The translations under genes and the position numbers were made by a program. The notes beneath the pieces are model-generated. The model was given only the letters and a program-made list of their open reading frames with translations. It ran no database searches and was not told the DNA's origin. Source: a virus (Duplodnaviria; Heunggongvirae; Uroviricota; Caudoviricetes). Taken from it: DNA of 18,044 nucleotides. Positions 1 through 8,359 of this stretch are shown here, in pieces (the first letter of the stretch is position 1; each line of letters starts with the position of its first letter). The stretch is taken from positions 64,001-82,044 of the IMG/VR virus record IMGVR_UViG_3300022699_000502; one strand, written 5' to 3'.

Positions 1-810
1 TCTTGGGTAACACTTTCTAGTACGAGTGATCATGGCAGTTTGACAGGTTTAGGAGACGATGACCATACACAATACTTACTAACAAACGGTACACGTTCTA
101 TGAACGGTAGTCTCGACATGGGTACAAACAATATAACTAATGTGGGTAACGTTGATGGTATCGATGTCAGCGCACACGACCACGACGGAGATGCCCCTAA
201 CATTCCGAATGCGGGACTCGCAAACAGCAGTGTGACTGTAAATTCAGGTACTCTTTTGACAGGTGGTGGATCAGTAAGTTTAGGTAACAGCATCACCTTA
301 AATGTTGATGAAGGCTCGATATCACACGATAACATATCCGGTGTAAGCGAGAATGATCATCACGACGCATTTGTGGGGCTTGAAGATAATGCAGGTACAA
401 GTGTAGCACCGGCTGGCGATAACTACATTCAAATAACGGATGATGGTATAGTTAATGCGGATGCCGGAACAAACACTATAGATCTATCAGTGTCTGAAGG
501 TAACATTGATCATGGGAACTTAAGCGGATTAGGTGGTGATGACCACACACAATACTTGTTAGTCGATGGATCCCGTTCGATGAGTGGAAACTTAAATATG
601 GGTAACTACGATATAACGAATTGTACTGATATAACGGCTGATGGATCAATTGATTTCTCAAGTGGAACATTAAAGATGCCTTACTTCAGCCAATCCACAG
701 AACCCGACATAGCAAGTGATACAGTAGCAGTTTGGCAAGATAGTGATAACAGCCAAACTTGGCTCTTGATAGATGTAGCTGGAACACAGTATAAGGTAGA
801 GGCGGCATAA
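1..810 (+). CDS. Tail/head fibre-like protein, C-terminal part (5'-truncated; frame open from base 1)
   Basis: Frame 1 is open from the window start (SWVTLSSTSDHGSLTG...). Two copies of DHGxLxGLGxDDHTQYLLxxGxRSMxGxLxMG lie 480 nt apart. The TGGGSVSLGNSITLNVDEG module is shared with the 5407 protein. Gly/Ser/Thr/Asp/Asn-rich. Confidence 0.75.
   Translation, partial: SWVTLSSTSDHGSLTGLGDDDHTQYLLTNGTRSMNGSLDMGTNNITNVGNVDGIDVSAHDHDGDAPNIPNAGLANSSVTVNSGTLLTGGGSVSLGNSITLNVDEGSISHDNISGVSENDHHDAFVGLEDNAGTSVAPAGDNYIQITDDGIVNADAGTNTIDLSVSEGNIDHGNLSGLGGDDHTQYLLVDGSRSMSGNLNMGNYDITNCTDITADGSIDFSSGTLKMPYFSQSTEPDIASDTVAVWQDSDNSQTWLLIDVAGTQYKVEAA
28..624 (+). repeat. Two ~39 aa intragenic repeats (28-144 and 508-624)
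   Basis: DHGSLTGLGDDDHTQYLLTNGTRSMNGSLDMGTNNITNV vs DHGNLSGLGGDDHTQYLLVDGSRSMSGNLNMGNYDITNC. A related DHADLNGIGTDDHHTRY occurs in the 1132 ORF. Confidence 0.9.
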
Positions 811-816
811 CACTAT

Positions 817-852
817 TCCAAAACCTTTAAATAGTGGGATGGTGTATATAAA
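817..852 (+). promoter_or_regulatory. Archaeal-type viral promoter P1 (TCCAAAACC-TTTAAATAG-N10-TATATAAA)
   Basis: TATA-like TTTAAATA at 826-833, BRE-like A-run upstream and AT-rich TATATAAA at 845-852. GTGAT lies just before ATG 864. The same architecture recurs at 11931 (+) and 15846 (-). Confidence 0.75.
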
Positions 853-863
853 TACGTGATAGT

Positions 864-1121
864 ATGGATACATACTCTGAAGACGAGCGAAAATTAAATG
901 AGAGAAGAGAACAGCTTCAAGATCAATTGCAGCAACTACAACAGGAAATAAATGATAAAAGAGATCAGATGCAAGATGTTAGAGATCGTCTCATAAACAT
1001 AAACGGAAAACTCGAATACATCCAATATAGGAGAGAGAAAGATGCGAAGGAAGCTGAACAAGCCGAAGAAGCTGATGTAGATTTAGAACCAAAAGACATA
1101 AATGCTAATATAGAAGAATAG
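864..1121 (+). CDS. Small acidic coiled-coil protein (possible fibre-associated chaperone)
   Basis: 85 aa with a heptad pattern (LQDQLQQLQQEINDKRDQMQDVRDRL), preceded by promoter P1 and GTGAT. Confidence 0.7.
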   Translation: MDTYSEDERKLNERREQLQDQLQQLQQEINDKRDQMQDVRDRLININGKLEYIQYRREKDAKEAEQAEEADVDLEPKDINANIEE

Positions 1122-1131
1122 GTGAAAAGTA

Positions 1132-2298
1132 GTGGGAACATCCGATACAGGACATCATGATAAGCATGGTAATACGCATGCCGAAAACGGCGATGATGAA
1201 ATAGACCAAAAGTTATATCCGGGGGCATATCCCCAACTTTATGGTACTGATGGGAATAAACCAGTAGCGTCTATAGACGGACGTACTTATTGGTCTGACG
1301 ACCAACACGTATTGTGGTTAGATACTGGTAGTAGTTGGCAAAAAATGGCTGTTGCTGACCACGCCGACCTCAACGGCATAGGTACAGATGATCATCATAC
1401 TAGGTATGATGACAGTGAGGCCATATCTGCAATAAACAATGATGGTGACCATGGTTCAACCGCTTCACATAATTACTATACTGATAGTGATGCTGCTAAT
1501 GTAATAGAAACATATGGTGTAGATTATATACAATTTAATAATATAGAAAGCAGTACTTTAACCTCTGATTATCAATTAGGTTACGATAATAGTGACGGAT
1601 TCTACTTTATGGATGACGGTTCAACACATCAATTGTACGATGACCATCACAACCAACCGCCAAATACTCAATTGTCCAAAGAAACTGTACAAGACTATTC
1701 TTGGGATGTACTAACAGGCGTACAAGACTTTATAAACGTTACATATGACGATTCCAATAATGAAGTAGACTTTGATGTTCTTCCTGGAAATATGAGTTGG
1801 GGTGATTTAAATATATCAACATCCGATGTAAATATGGATGATATATCACCTGCAAATGTCGACCTTGATATGAACAACAACAACATAGATGATGTGGCCT
1901 CAATAGATGGCGGTGGGAATGCTGTACAATTCAACGACCAGATTATTACTGATAGTAGGATTTATGTAGATAATCATGGATATGGTGGAAATCCCTCTAT
2001 TGCCCTAGCAATAGGCGATACAGATACAGGTATTCATAGTGATACTGATGGTAGATTAGAATTTTGGGAAAACAATGATGAACGGGTAACATTAGAGAAT
2101 GCCACATTAACTATGCAAAGTACAGATATAGACCTGAACAATAATAACATCAACGATGTAGCATCTATAGATGGCGGGGGTAATGGTGTAGACTTTGACG
2201 ATGATGTTGATATGGGTTCAAATGCTACTAATTATACCAATTTTGAGGTAGTTTATAATAGTTCAAGTGATAGTTTAGATTTTAATTATATAGGATAA
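1132..2298 (+). CDS. Tail fibre-like protein
   Basis: GTG start after AGGTGA. SIALAIGDTDTGIHSDTDGRLEFW (1996-2070) resembles the SIxIGDxDTGxxxxxDGxL motif of phage tail fibres. Also a GRTYWSDDxxxLWLDTGSSW motif, two NNIxDVASIDGGG repeats and C-terminal FEVVYNSSSDSLDFNYIG. Confidence 0.75.
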   Translation: MGTSDTGHHDKHGNTHAENGDDEIDQKLYPGAYPQLYGTDGNKPVASIDGRTYWSDDQHVLWLDTGSSWQKMAVADHADLNGIGTDDHHTRYDDSEAISAINNDGDHGSTASHNYYTDSDAANVIETYGVDYIQFNNIESSTLTSDYQLGYDNSDGFYFMDDGSTHQLYDDHHNQPPNTQLSKETVQDYSWDVLTGVQDFINVTYDDSNNEVDFDVLPGNMSWGDLNISTSDVNMDDISPANVDLDMNNNNIDDVASIDGGGNAVQFNDQIITDSRIYVDNHGYGGNPSIALAIGDTDTGIHSDTDGRLEFWENNDERVTLENATLTMQSTDIDLNNNNINDVASIDGGGNGVDFDDDVDMGSNATNYTNFEVVYNSSSDSLDFNYIG

Positions 2299-5200
2299 GG
2301 TATATATGAGTTTAGTTGCGTGGTGGAAGTTAGACGGAGATGGAACCGATTCATCTGGAAATGGATATGATGGAATAGTTCACGGTTCCCCTAGTTGGTC
2401 TGATGGAATAATAGGTACTTGTTATGATAATAGTGCGGATAACTCAAGTACAGGTGTGGAACTCTTACAACACGCAGATGCTCAAAAATATGATTATCAG
2501 CATAGCTGGTCTTTGTGGTTTAAAAGTACAACAAGTAGCGGATCAACAGGTAACAGGATATTGAGCAGAGATTGTTCCGAATACTTATGTGCAAACATAG
2601 ACCAAGATAGTGACCCCAATCATCTTGATTATGTAGATAGTGCATATGATGACATTGAACTTAATCAATGGTATCATTTAGCTATAACTACAGATGATGG
2701 TGTAAACTATGATTGGTATCTTAACGGCGAACATTGTAGAAGTGGTAGTGAACCGTATGATGAAACTGCACGGCCTTGGGTTATAGGTGGAAATACAGAA
2801 GGTGATGGTGATATATCTGGTAACGAATTTGTTGGTATGATTGATGATGTTAAATTCTTTGACCATAAACTAAGCATTAAAGAAGTAAAAGAATTAAGCA
2901 GAGCCAAAGTAGCACATTGGAAGTTTGATAATTTAAATTTATTAAAAAATGCAGGATTTGAAGGTAACGATTTATGTGTGGGTGATCCAGAACATTGGAA
3001 TTATCCAAAAGATTGTTGGAAAGTTAATGATTTAAGATCTGCACCTGATAGCGATGGAAGCAAATCATTTGGTAACAATTGGGATGGAACGGCAGTGTGT
3101 GATTCAAGTAGTTCATCTGCTGGTGTTTGGCCTAATGCATATGTATATCAAGATGTAAGAGTAGGTAGTGTTGATGAAATAAACGCATCTGCATGGATTT
3201 ATATTCCATCAGGTGGTGGTTATACTGATTGTAGTTCAGGTAACCAATATGTATATGAAGATGATGGTAGATTGCATCTTTATGCCTATGATTCTAATAT
3301 GAACCAAATAGGTGAAAAGAAAGGATTGTGGGGTGGTGAACTACAAAAAGGTAGTGGTTGGAGTAGGTTTAATCTTTCATGGGATTTACCAGATGGTACG
3401 GAAACAGTTAGATTTCAGATAGATGGTGGTGACGGTAATAATAGTTGTATAGACCCAGAAACAGGTCACACTGGTAATGCTGGTTTGTATATTGATGATT
3501 GTTCATTAACTCCTGTTAGATATAAAGATTCGTCTGGTTATGGTAATGACGGTACATTTAGTGGTAATGAGCCGATATGGGATGAAGATAGTGCATTGGG
3601 TAATGGATGTTTATATTTTGACGGGGATGATATGATGGTTACTGTTCCCCATTCTGATACTATAGATATAACTGGTGATGAAATATCTGTGTCCTACTGG
3701 CAAAAATTTAAAGATGCTGGTGACCAAGATCATCCTACAATTACAAAAACTTCCGAAACTGGATGGGCTGTTAGCAACGGATATGCAATAGGCCAAGGTT
3801 GGAGTGATAATCTTTATTCAGGTTTAGCAGGTGGTAGTTTAGGCGGTCAAGATGCGTCTATTAGAGAAGATGGAACTTGGTATCATGTAGTTCATACTTA
3901 TAAAAATGGTGAAGGTATGAAAGTCTATACAAACGGTAATTTAGAGATTTCAGATAACAGCTGGTCTGGTACTATTGGTTCTTCAAGTCATGATTTATGG
4001 ATCGGAGATGCTGAAAGAGGAGGTCAGTATTTTGGTAATTTAGACGATATAAGAATTTATGCAACTGCTTTATCGCAATCTGAAGTACAAGAATTATATG
4101 AACAAAGGGCAAGCATAGATAATGTTGGTAACTTAAATTCACAAATGTTTACAGAATCACAAGATAAATTACTAATTGATGAGGAATATTATGAATGTGT
4201 TTCAAGGTTAAGAGGTGCTAGCCCGCCAGAAACATTAAATTATTTAGATTGGGTTGAAGATGACGATACGCTAGGAAACATAGCGTTAGAAGGATTAGTT
4301 TATCTTACAACTACTGATATAATTCCAGATAGGGTTGAATTTACAAGGATAAATAATGACGAAGGCTTAACTTTTTATTATACTGATTCAGATGTTATAA
4401 TATATCCTGATGGTAATTGGAGTGTTGGGTGGAATTATGTAATATTACCTACTGTCCATTCATGGGAAAGTCCCAGTTCTACTGACTGGTCAAATATGGA
4501 TAGATTAGAAATATATAAAAATGGCTCTGATGATTCATCTCAAACCATAGGATTTAAGAATTTACATCTCACTAAATATAAAGATAATTCAGAACAGTTA
4601 GATACACATCTTAAAAAAACAGGTAACTATTATATTAAAAGTTTAAATGAGATAGGTTCATTAGGCGATGATTTGATTGGATATTGGCCATTAAATGGAA
4701 ATGCAAATGATTATAGTAAGAATAGTTATGACGGTTCATTAATGAATTCTCCTACACTAACGGATGGTGTTATGAATCAATGTTATGAGTTTGATGGTAA
4801 TAATCAATATATACAGATGCCACAGGATACATATTCAGGCGCATTATCTGATAGTGATGATACTATGAGTATTATGTGTTGGTTATATCCAACAGCCGTA
4901 CAAAGTGCATCAACAAATCATGCTGTTCAAAATTGTTTTATAGGACATTCGTCGAGTTCTTATAATGATAATTTAGAGTTAGGAGTTGATTACGATGATT
5001 ATTCACTACAAGTATATTTAGATACAAACTCGAATGATACGACGGCTACATATACTGATATTACACTTTCATTAAATACTTGGCATCATATTGCGTTATC
5101 AGTTAACTTAGTTGATGGTAGTGTAAAAAGATATCATAATGGAAACCTTATAGGTAATGACACAACTACTTGGTCTGGTTCAAATACATTTGATAATTCT

Positions 5201-5790
5201 GGTGCTGAATTTACAATAGCTGCATCTAGGTCGTACAGAGAACCTTATACAGGCAAAGTAGATGATGTTAGGCTATATAGTAGAGCATTGTCTGATGATG
5301 AGATAAAAACATTATATAATATGACAAATCCAAATGAGAAGGAAAGAGTTAGTATGGATAGTAAAGGAACTGTATATACAAAAGGACAATTTAAGGAGAC
5401 GATATAATGGCCGAGTTAACAACCACAAGGATTTATGGTGATTTATTCGCACACGGTGATATAGATTTATTAGATGGCAATTTAGATGATGTAGCCTCTA
5501 TAGACGGCGGTGGAGATTCCGTTCAATTTGACGATAATATATATAGCCCAACATCTTTACAAGTGTCAAGTGATAATGTAAGTATTGATATGGGTGATAT
5601 AGGAGACCTCAATAATGAAGACGGTGATATTGGATTTGATATGGATAGCGGTGGTGAATTTAATGTAGGTAGAACAGGCGGAAAAATATTCACTGTCGGT
5701 GTTACTATAAATCATTATACTGATACAGAATTAAACAACAATAATATTAATGATGTAGCATCTATAGATGGCGGCGGAGATGACATATTA
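1873..5790 (+). repeat. Dispersed NNIxDVASIDGGG module, four copies (core at ~1891, ~2155, ~5488, ~5752)
   Basis: Read from translations of the 1132 and 5407 ORFs. The DNA core gatgt(g/a)gc(c/a)tc(a/t)ataga(t/c)ggcgg is recognisable in all four copies. Confidence 0.88.
2306..5407 (+). CDS. Large multi-LamG (concanavalin A-like) adhesin/receptor-binding protein with a carbohydrate-binding-like insert
   Basis: 1033 aa with three LamG-like units (WWKLDG..WYHLAIT..GMIDDVKFF; HWKFD..WYHVVHTY..GNLDDIRIYATAL; YWPLNG..WHHIAL..GKVDDVRLYSRAL). A NLLKNAGFE...LYIDDCSL CBM-like domain is inserted in unit 2. Confidence 0.85.
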   Translation: MSLVAWWKLDGDGTDSSGNGYDGIVHGSPSWSDGIIGTCYDNSADNSSTGVELLQHADAQKYDYQHSWSLWFKSTTSSGSTGNRILSRDCSEYLCANIDQDSDPNHLDYVDSAYDDIELNQWYHLAITTDDGVNYDWYLNGEHCRSGSEPYDETARPWVIGGNTEGDGDISGNEFVGMIDDVKFFDHKLSIKEVKELSRAKVAHWKFDNLNLLKNAGFEGNDLCVGDPEHWNYPKDCWKVNDLRSAPDSDGSKSFGNNWDGTAVCDSSSSSAGVWPNAYVYQDVRVGSVDEINASAWIYIPSGGGYTDCSSGNQYVYEDDGRLHLYAYDSNMNQIGEKKGLWGGELQKGSGWSRFNLSWDLPDGTETVRFQIDGGDGNNSCIDPETGHTGNAGLYIDDCSLTPVRYKDSSGYGNDGTFSGNEPIWDEDSALGNGCLYFDGDDMMVTVPHSDTIDITGDEISVSYWQKFKDAGDQDHPTITKTSETGWAVSNGYAIGQGWSDNLYSGLAGGSLGGQDASIREDGTWYHVVHTYKNGEGMKVYTNGNLEISDNSWSGTIGSSSHDLWIGDAERGGQYFGNLDDIRIYATALSQSEVQELYEQRASIDNVGNLNSQMFTESQDKLLIDEEYYECVSRLRGASPPETLNYLDWVEDDDTLGNIALEGLVYLTTTDIIPDRVEFTRINNDEGLTFYYTDSDVIIYPDGNWSVGWNYVILPTVHSWESPSSTDWSNMDRLEIYKNGSDDSSQTIGFKNLHLTKYKDNSEQLDTHLKKTGNYYIKSLNEIGSLGDDLIGYWPLNGNANDYSKNSYDGSLMNSPTLTDGVMNQCYEFDGNNQYIQMPQDTYSGALSDSDDTMSIMCWLYPTAVQSASTNHAVQNCFIGHSSSSYNDNLELGVDYDDYSLQVYLDTNSNDTTATYTDITLSLNTWHHIALSVNLVDGSVKRYHNGNLIGNDTTTWSGSNTFDNSGAEFTIAASRSYREPYTGKVDDVRLYSRALSDDEIKTLYNMTNPNEKERVSMDSKGTVYTKGQFKETI

Positions 5791-6630
5791 TTCGGCGATA
5801 ATATAGATTTAAACTCCAATGATTTAGAAGATGATACAGTTACCATTTGGGATACATCAAACCAGTATATACCACAAGGTAGGTTACAGAACGATAGTTT
5901 GACTATAAATAGTGGCACACAGCTTACAGGTGGTGGAAGTGTATCACTCGGTGGTTCTATAACATTAAATGTAGATGAAGGTGCTGGAAGTGGATTGAAC
6001 GCCGATTTGTTAGATGGAGTACATTTAGCGGACATCACTTGGTCAGATGTAAGTATGTCCACTACAGATGTAAATATGGATGATGTTAGTCCAGCTAATG
6101 TTAATGTTGATTTAAATTCAAATGATTTAGAAGATGCCGGTACTATTATATGGGATACATCTAATCAATATATCCCACAAGGTAGATTACAAAATGATAG
6201 TGTTACCGTTACTGCTGGCGATGGCTTAAAAAATGGTGGAAGTGCAAGTTTGGGTAGTAGTACAACTTTAGATATTGATGTTTCAGATTTTGCAGGTTCG
6301 CATCTATCAGATGATGGTAGTGAGAATTTACAAGTTGATGATGATTTTATTTTAAATAGTGGAGACACTATGAATGGTAATTTAACTATGTCTGGGAATA
6401 TAAATGCAGGTTCAGACAGTTCGTATGATATAGGAGCGGATGGAACAAGATTTGCAAATGTATATGCTGATAATATTTATGGTACGGTTCATTATGCTGA
6501 TATATCGTTTGAAGAGAAAAAATGTGCAATATGTGATGAACCTTTCGAAGTTGGAGATAGTATAAGTTTGATAGTTACAAATGTAAAAGAAGATGGTACA
6601 TATATGGTTCCAAAACACGAGGGTTGCTGA
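5407..6630 (+). CDS. Fibre-like protein with a C-terminal Cys/His putative Zn-binding domain
   Basis: TAATG overlap with the upstream gene. Two DVASIDGGG repeats and two DLEDxxxxIWDTSNQYIPQGRLQNDS repeats. GAGSGLNADLLDG is a common fibre motif. C-terminus CAICDEPF...PKHEGC. Confidence 0.75.
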   Translation: MAELTTTRIYGDLFAHGDIDLLDGNLDDVASIDGGGDSVQFDDNIYSPTSLQVSSDNVSIDMGDIGDLNNEDGDIGFDMDSGGEFNVGRTGGKIFTVGVTINHYTDTELNNNNINDVASIDGGGDDILFGDNIDLNSNDLEDDTVTIWDTSNQYIPQGRLQNDSLTINSGTQLTGGGSVSLGGSITLNVDEGAGSGLNADLLDGVHLADITWSDVSMSTTDVNMDDVSPANVNVDLNSNDLEDAGTIIWDTSNQYIPQGRLQNDSVTVTAGDGLKNGGSASLGSSTTLDIDVSDFAGSHLSDDGSENLQVDDDFILNSGDTMNGNLTMSGNINAGSDSSYDIGADGTRFANVYADNIYGTVHYADISFEEKKCAICDEPFEVGDSISLIVTNVKEDGTYMVPKHEGC

Positions 6631-7829
6631 TGAGTTTTAGTTGGAGTGAAGATGTAAGTAGTGGTGCCTCTATAGACGATGAGGATATGAACGAAGTATA
6701 CAATAACATACAACATGTTGAGGATGTATTGGATTCTTGGTATCAGTATGTAACATTCAACGGAACTTCAACTTACGGAGCCATATCTGGACTTAATTAT
6801 TCAACTTCTGGTGTAATATCTTCTATGACTGTTACCGCTTGGGTTAGAGTCCCTAGTGATGGTGGCGATTGGTCTATATTAGATTTTGACAGGAGTGAAT
6901 ATTTTACATGTGCGGCAGGTATTGCAGTCGGTGGTAATAACGGTGAAGGAAATGTAGTTAGTTTTCAAACACATCATACAAGTGCAGGTACTCATGATAT
7001 GTGGGGCAATCAAGATATAAGAGATAATAGATGGCATCATATAGCATGGGTATATGATGGAACATATAAAACTATATATGTTGATGGAGCGGAAGATGAA
7101 AAGTTAGATGTTAGCGGCGATGGTAATATAGGAAGTGGAACTACACGTTATGGGTTTATAGGTGATGGTAGTGAAGCCTCATCTTTTGATGGTAGTAAAA
7201 ACGACATATACTTTGAAGGTGATATCGCTAGTGTTACTTTTTGGGATAATGTTGCATTAAACCAGACAGAAGTTCAAGATGCTATGTCAGGCCATTATAA
7301 AAGCGGTATTACAGGACAATGGAGATTTAGAGAAGGTAGCGGTAGTACAGTAAGTGATAATTCTGGAAACGGATATGATGTTACTCTTTATAATTATACT
7401 TGGAATGGTTCTGATATATCATTTGGTTGGTCTGAATTTTCAGTTGAAGGTACAGAAGGTACACCTGACTCGATTACGAGTGCTCAAATGACTGATTTGA
7501 GAGACGGTACAGAATATATAGACACAAATATGTTTGCCACATATAATAGTGATAATGATTACAGTGTTGATAGTGGTCATGATACAACGGTATATAGTGG
7601 TGAAGATTCTACATATAATGATGCTGTACAGACTGGAGATAACACAGACTATAATACTAGTGAAGATGACGGGGCTAATAATACATATGACGGGTCATTA
7701 TTAAGTGCTGATGATAGTTCTGATTATAGTGAGAATGATACTGGTGATGATGAAACAGTATATACTTCACAGTATAATGATGAGAATAGTGGTTATGATG
7801 ATAGTGTTAGTTTTGATGGAGTGGTATAA
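6630..7829 (+). CDS. Leader-LamG-leader-tetrapeptide-repeat protein; putative radical SAM substrate fused to a lectin-like domain
   Basis: ATG 6630 overlaps the upstream TGA. The N-terminus MSFSWSEDVSSGASID matches the next gene's N-terminus. LamG core (WHHIAWVYDG..IYVDG; FEGDIASV; WRFREGSGSTVSDNSGNG). A second leader-like segment lies at 7416-7529, followed by 23 tetrapeptide units. Confidence 0.75.
   Translation: MSFSWSEDVSSGASIDDEDMNEVYNNIQHVEDVLDSWYQYVTFNGTSTYGAISGLNYSTSGVISSMTVTAWVRVPSDGGDWSILDFDRSEYFTCAAGIAVGGNNGEGNVVSFQTHHTSAGTHDMWGNQDIRDNRWHHIAWVYDGTYKTIYVDGAEDEKLDVSGDGNIGSGTTRYGFIGDGSEASSFDGSKNDIYFEGDIASVTFWDNVALNQTEVQDAMSGHYKSGITGQWRFREGSGSTVSDNSGNGYDVTLYNYTWNGSDISFGWSEFSVEGTEGTPDSITSAQMTDLRDGTEYIDTNMFATYNSDNDYSVDSGHDTTVYSGEDSTYNDAVQTGDNTDYNTSEDDGANNTYDGSLLSADDSSDYSENDTGDDETVYTSQYNDENSGYDDSVSFDGVV
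7542..7817 (+). repeat. 4-residue periodic core, 23 units
   Basis: YNSD NDYS VDSG HDTT VYSG EDST YNDA VQTG DNTD YNTS EDDG ANNT YDGS LLSA DDSS DYSE NDTG DDET VYTS QYND ENSG YDDS VSFD. Position 2 is D(10), N(6) or Y(4) in 20 of 23 units. Confidence 0.85.
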
Positions 7830-8354
7830 ATGAGCATAACTTGGAGCGAAGATGTGAGTGTAGGAGCATCTATTGATAGTACAGATATAGTAGAAATAAG
7901 GAATGAAGTGGATAGAGTGGATGATAATAAATGTAATGAACATGATAGTACTTATGATAATGATGTAAATGCTACCGAATATTCAGGCGAGAATTCTAAC
8001 GAAAACGCCACTAATTATTCTTCAGACAATAGCGACTATGATTCAGGTGAGAATGTTGGTGAGAATGTTAATGAGAATTTAACCAATTTTTCATCTGATA
8101 AAGACACTAATGATAGTGGTTATTGTGGAACAAATGTGAGTGGTGACTATAGTAGTAATGATACTGGATATTGTTCTACAAATAATACTACTGTTAACGG
8201 TTCACATGATGGCGATGCAGAAAGTTCTTATTATAGTGGAGAAGACAGTACTTATAATAGCGGAGAAGATTCTAGTTATAATAGTACTGAGGATAGTGGT
8301 TTTAAAGGTACTGATTATTCTGATGTATTAGGTACTGATTGTTTATTATTGTGA
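7830..8354 (+). CDS. Putative radical SAM-modified precursor: ~33 aa leader plus ~35 tetrapeptide repeats
   Basis: 174 aa. Its leader is 18/32 identical to the N-terminus of the 6630 ORF. The core is N/D/S/T/Y/G/E-rich with period 4. It lies immediately upstream of two radical SAM/SPASM genes. Confidence 0.75.
   Translation: MSITWSEDVSVGASIDSTDIVEIRNEVDRVDDNKCNEHDSTYDNDVNATEYSGENSNENATNYSSDNSDYDSGENVGENVNENLTNFSSDKDTNDSGYCGTNVSGDYSSNDTGYCSTNNTTVNGSHDGDAESSYYSGEDSTYNSGEDSSYNSTEDSGFKGTDYSDVLGTDCLLL
7929..8348 (+). repeat. 4-residue periodic core, 35 units; all four Cys in one register
   Basis: KCNE HDST YDND VNAT EYSG ENSN ... YCGT ... YCST ... YYSG EDST YNSG EDSS YNST EDSG FKGT DYSD VLGT DCLL. 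Position 2 is N11, D9, Y5, C4, other 6. Cys occur at residues 35, 99, 115 and 171 (all 3 mod 4). Confidence 0.88.
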
Positions 8355-8359
8355 TATTT

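Noticed and set aside
8140-8331. 63 aa very hydrophobic ORF overlapping the precursor
   Set aside because: It is the shifted-frame reading of the GAT/AAT/AGT/ACT repeat, which automatically yields Ile/Val/Leu/Met. There is no independent evidence for it.
7542-8348. Ice-nucleation or antifreeze protein, or a CRISPR-like DNA array
   Set aside because: There is no AGYGSTxT or regular TxT ladder. The periodicity is at the protein level with degenerate codons, and there are no identical DNA repeats with unique spacers.
2306-8354. Diversity-generating retroelement target (Asn-codon-rich adhesins)
   Set aside because: There is no reverse transcriptase in the window and no pair of near-identical repeats differing only at adenines.
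8339-8359. ORF-track upstream starts (8339, 9627, 10895, 6624, 11711, 13526, 15917)
   Set aside because: Nearby downstream ATGs have better-spaced GGTGA/GGAGG-type motifs or stop-start coupling, so those were used instead.
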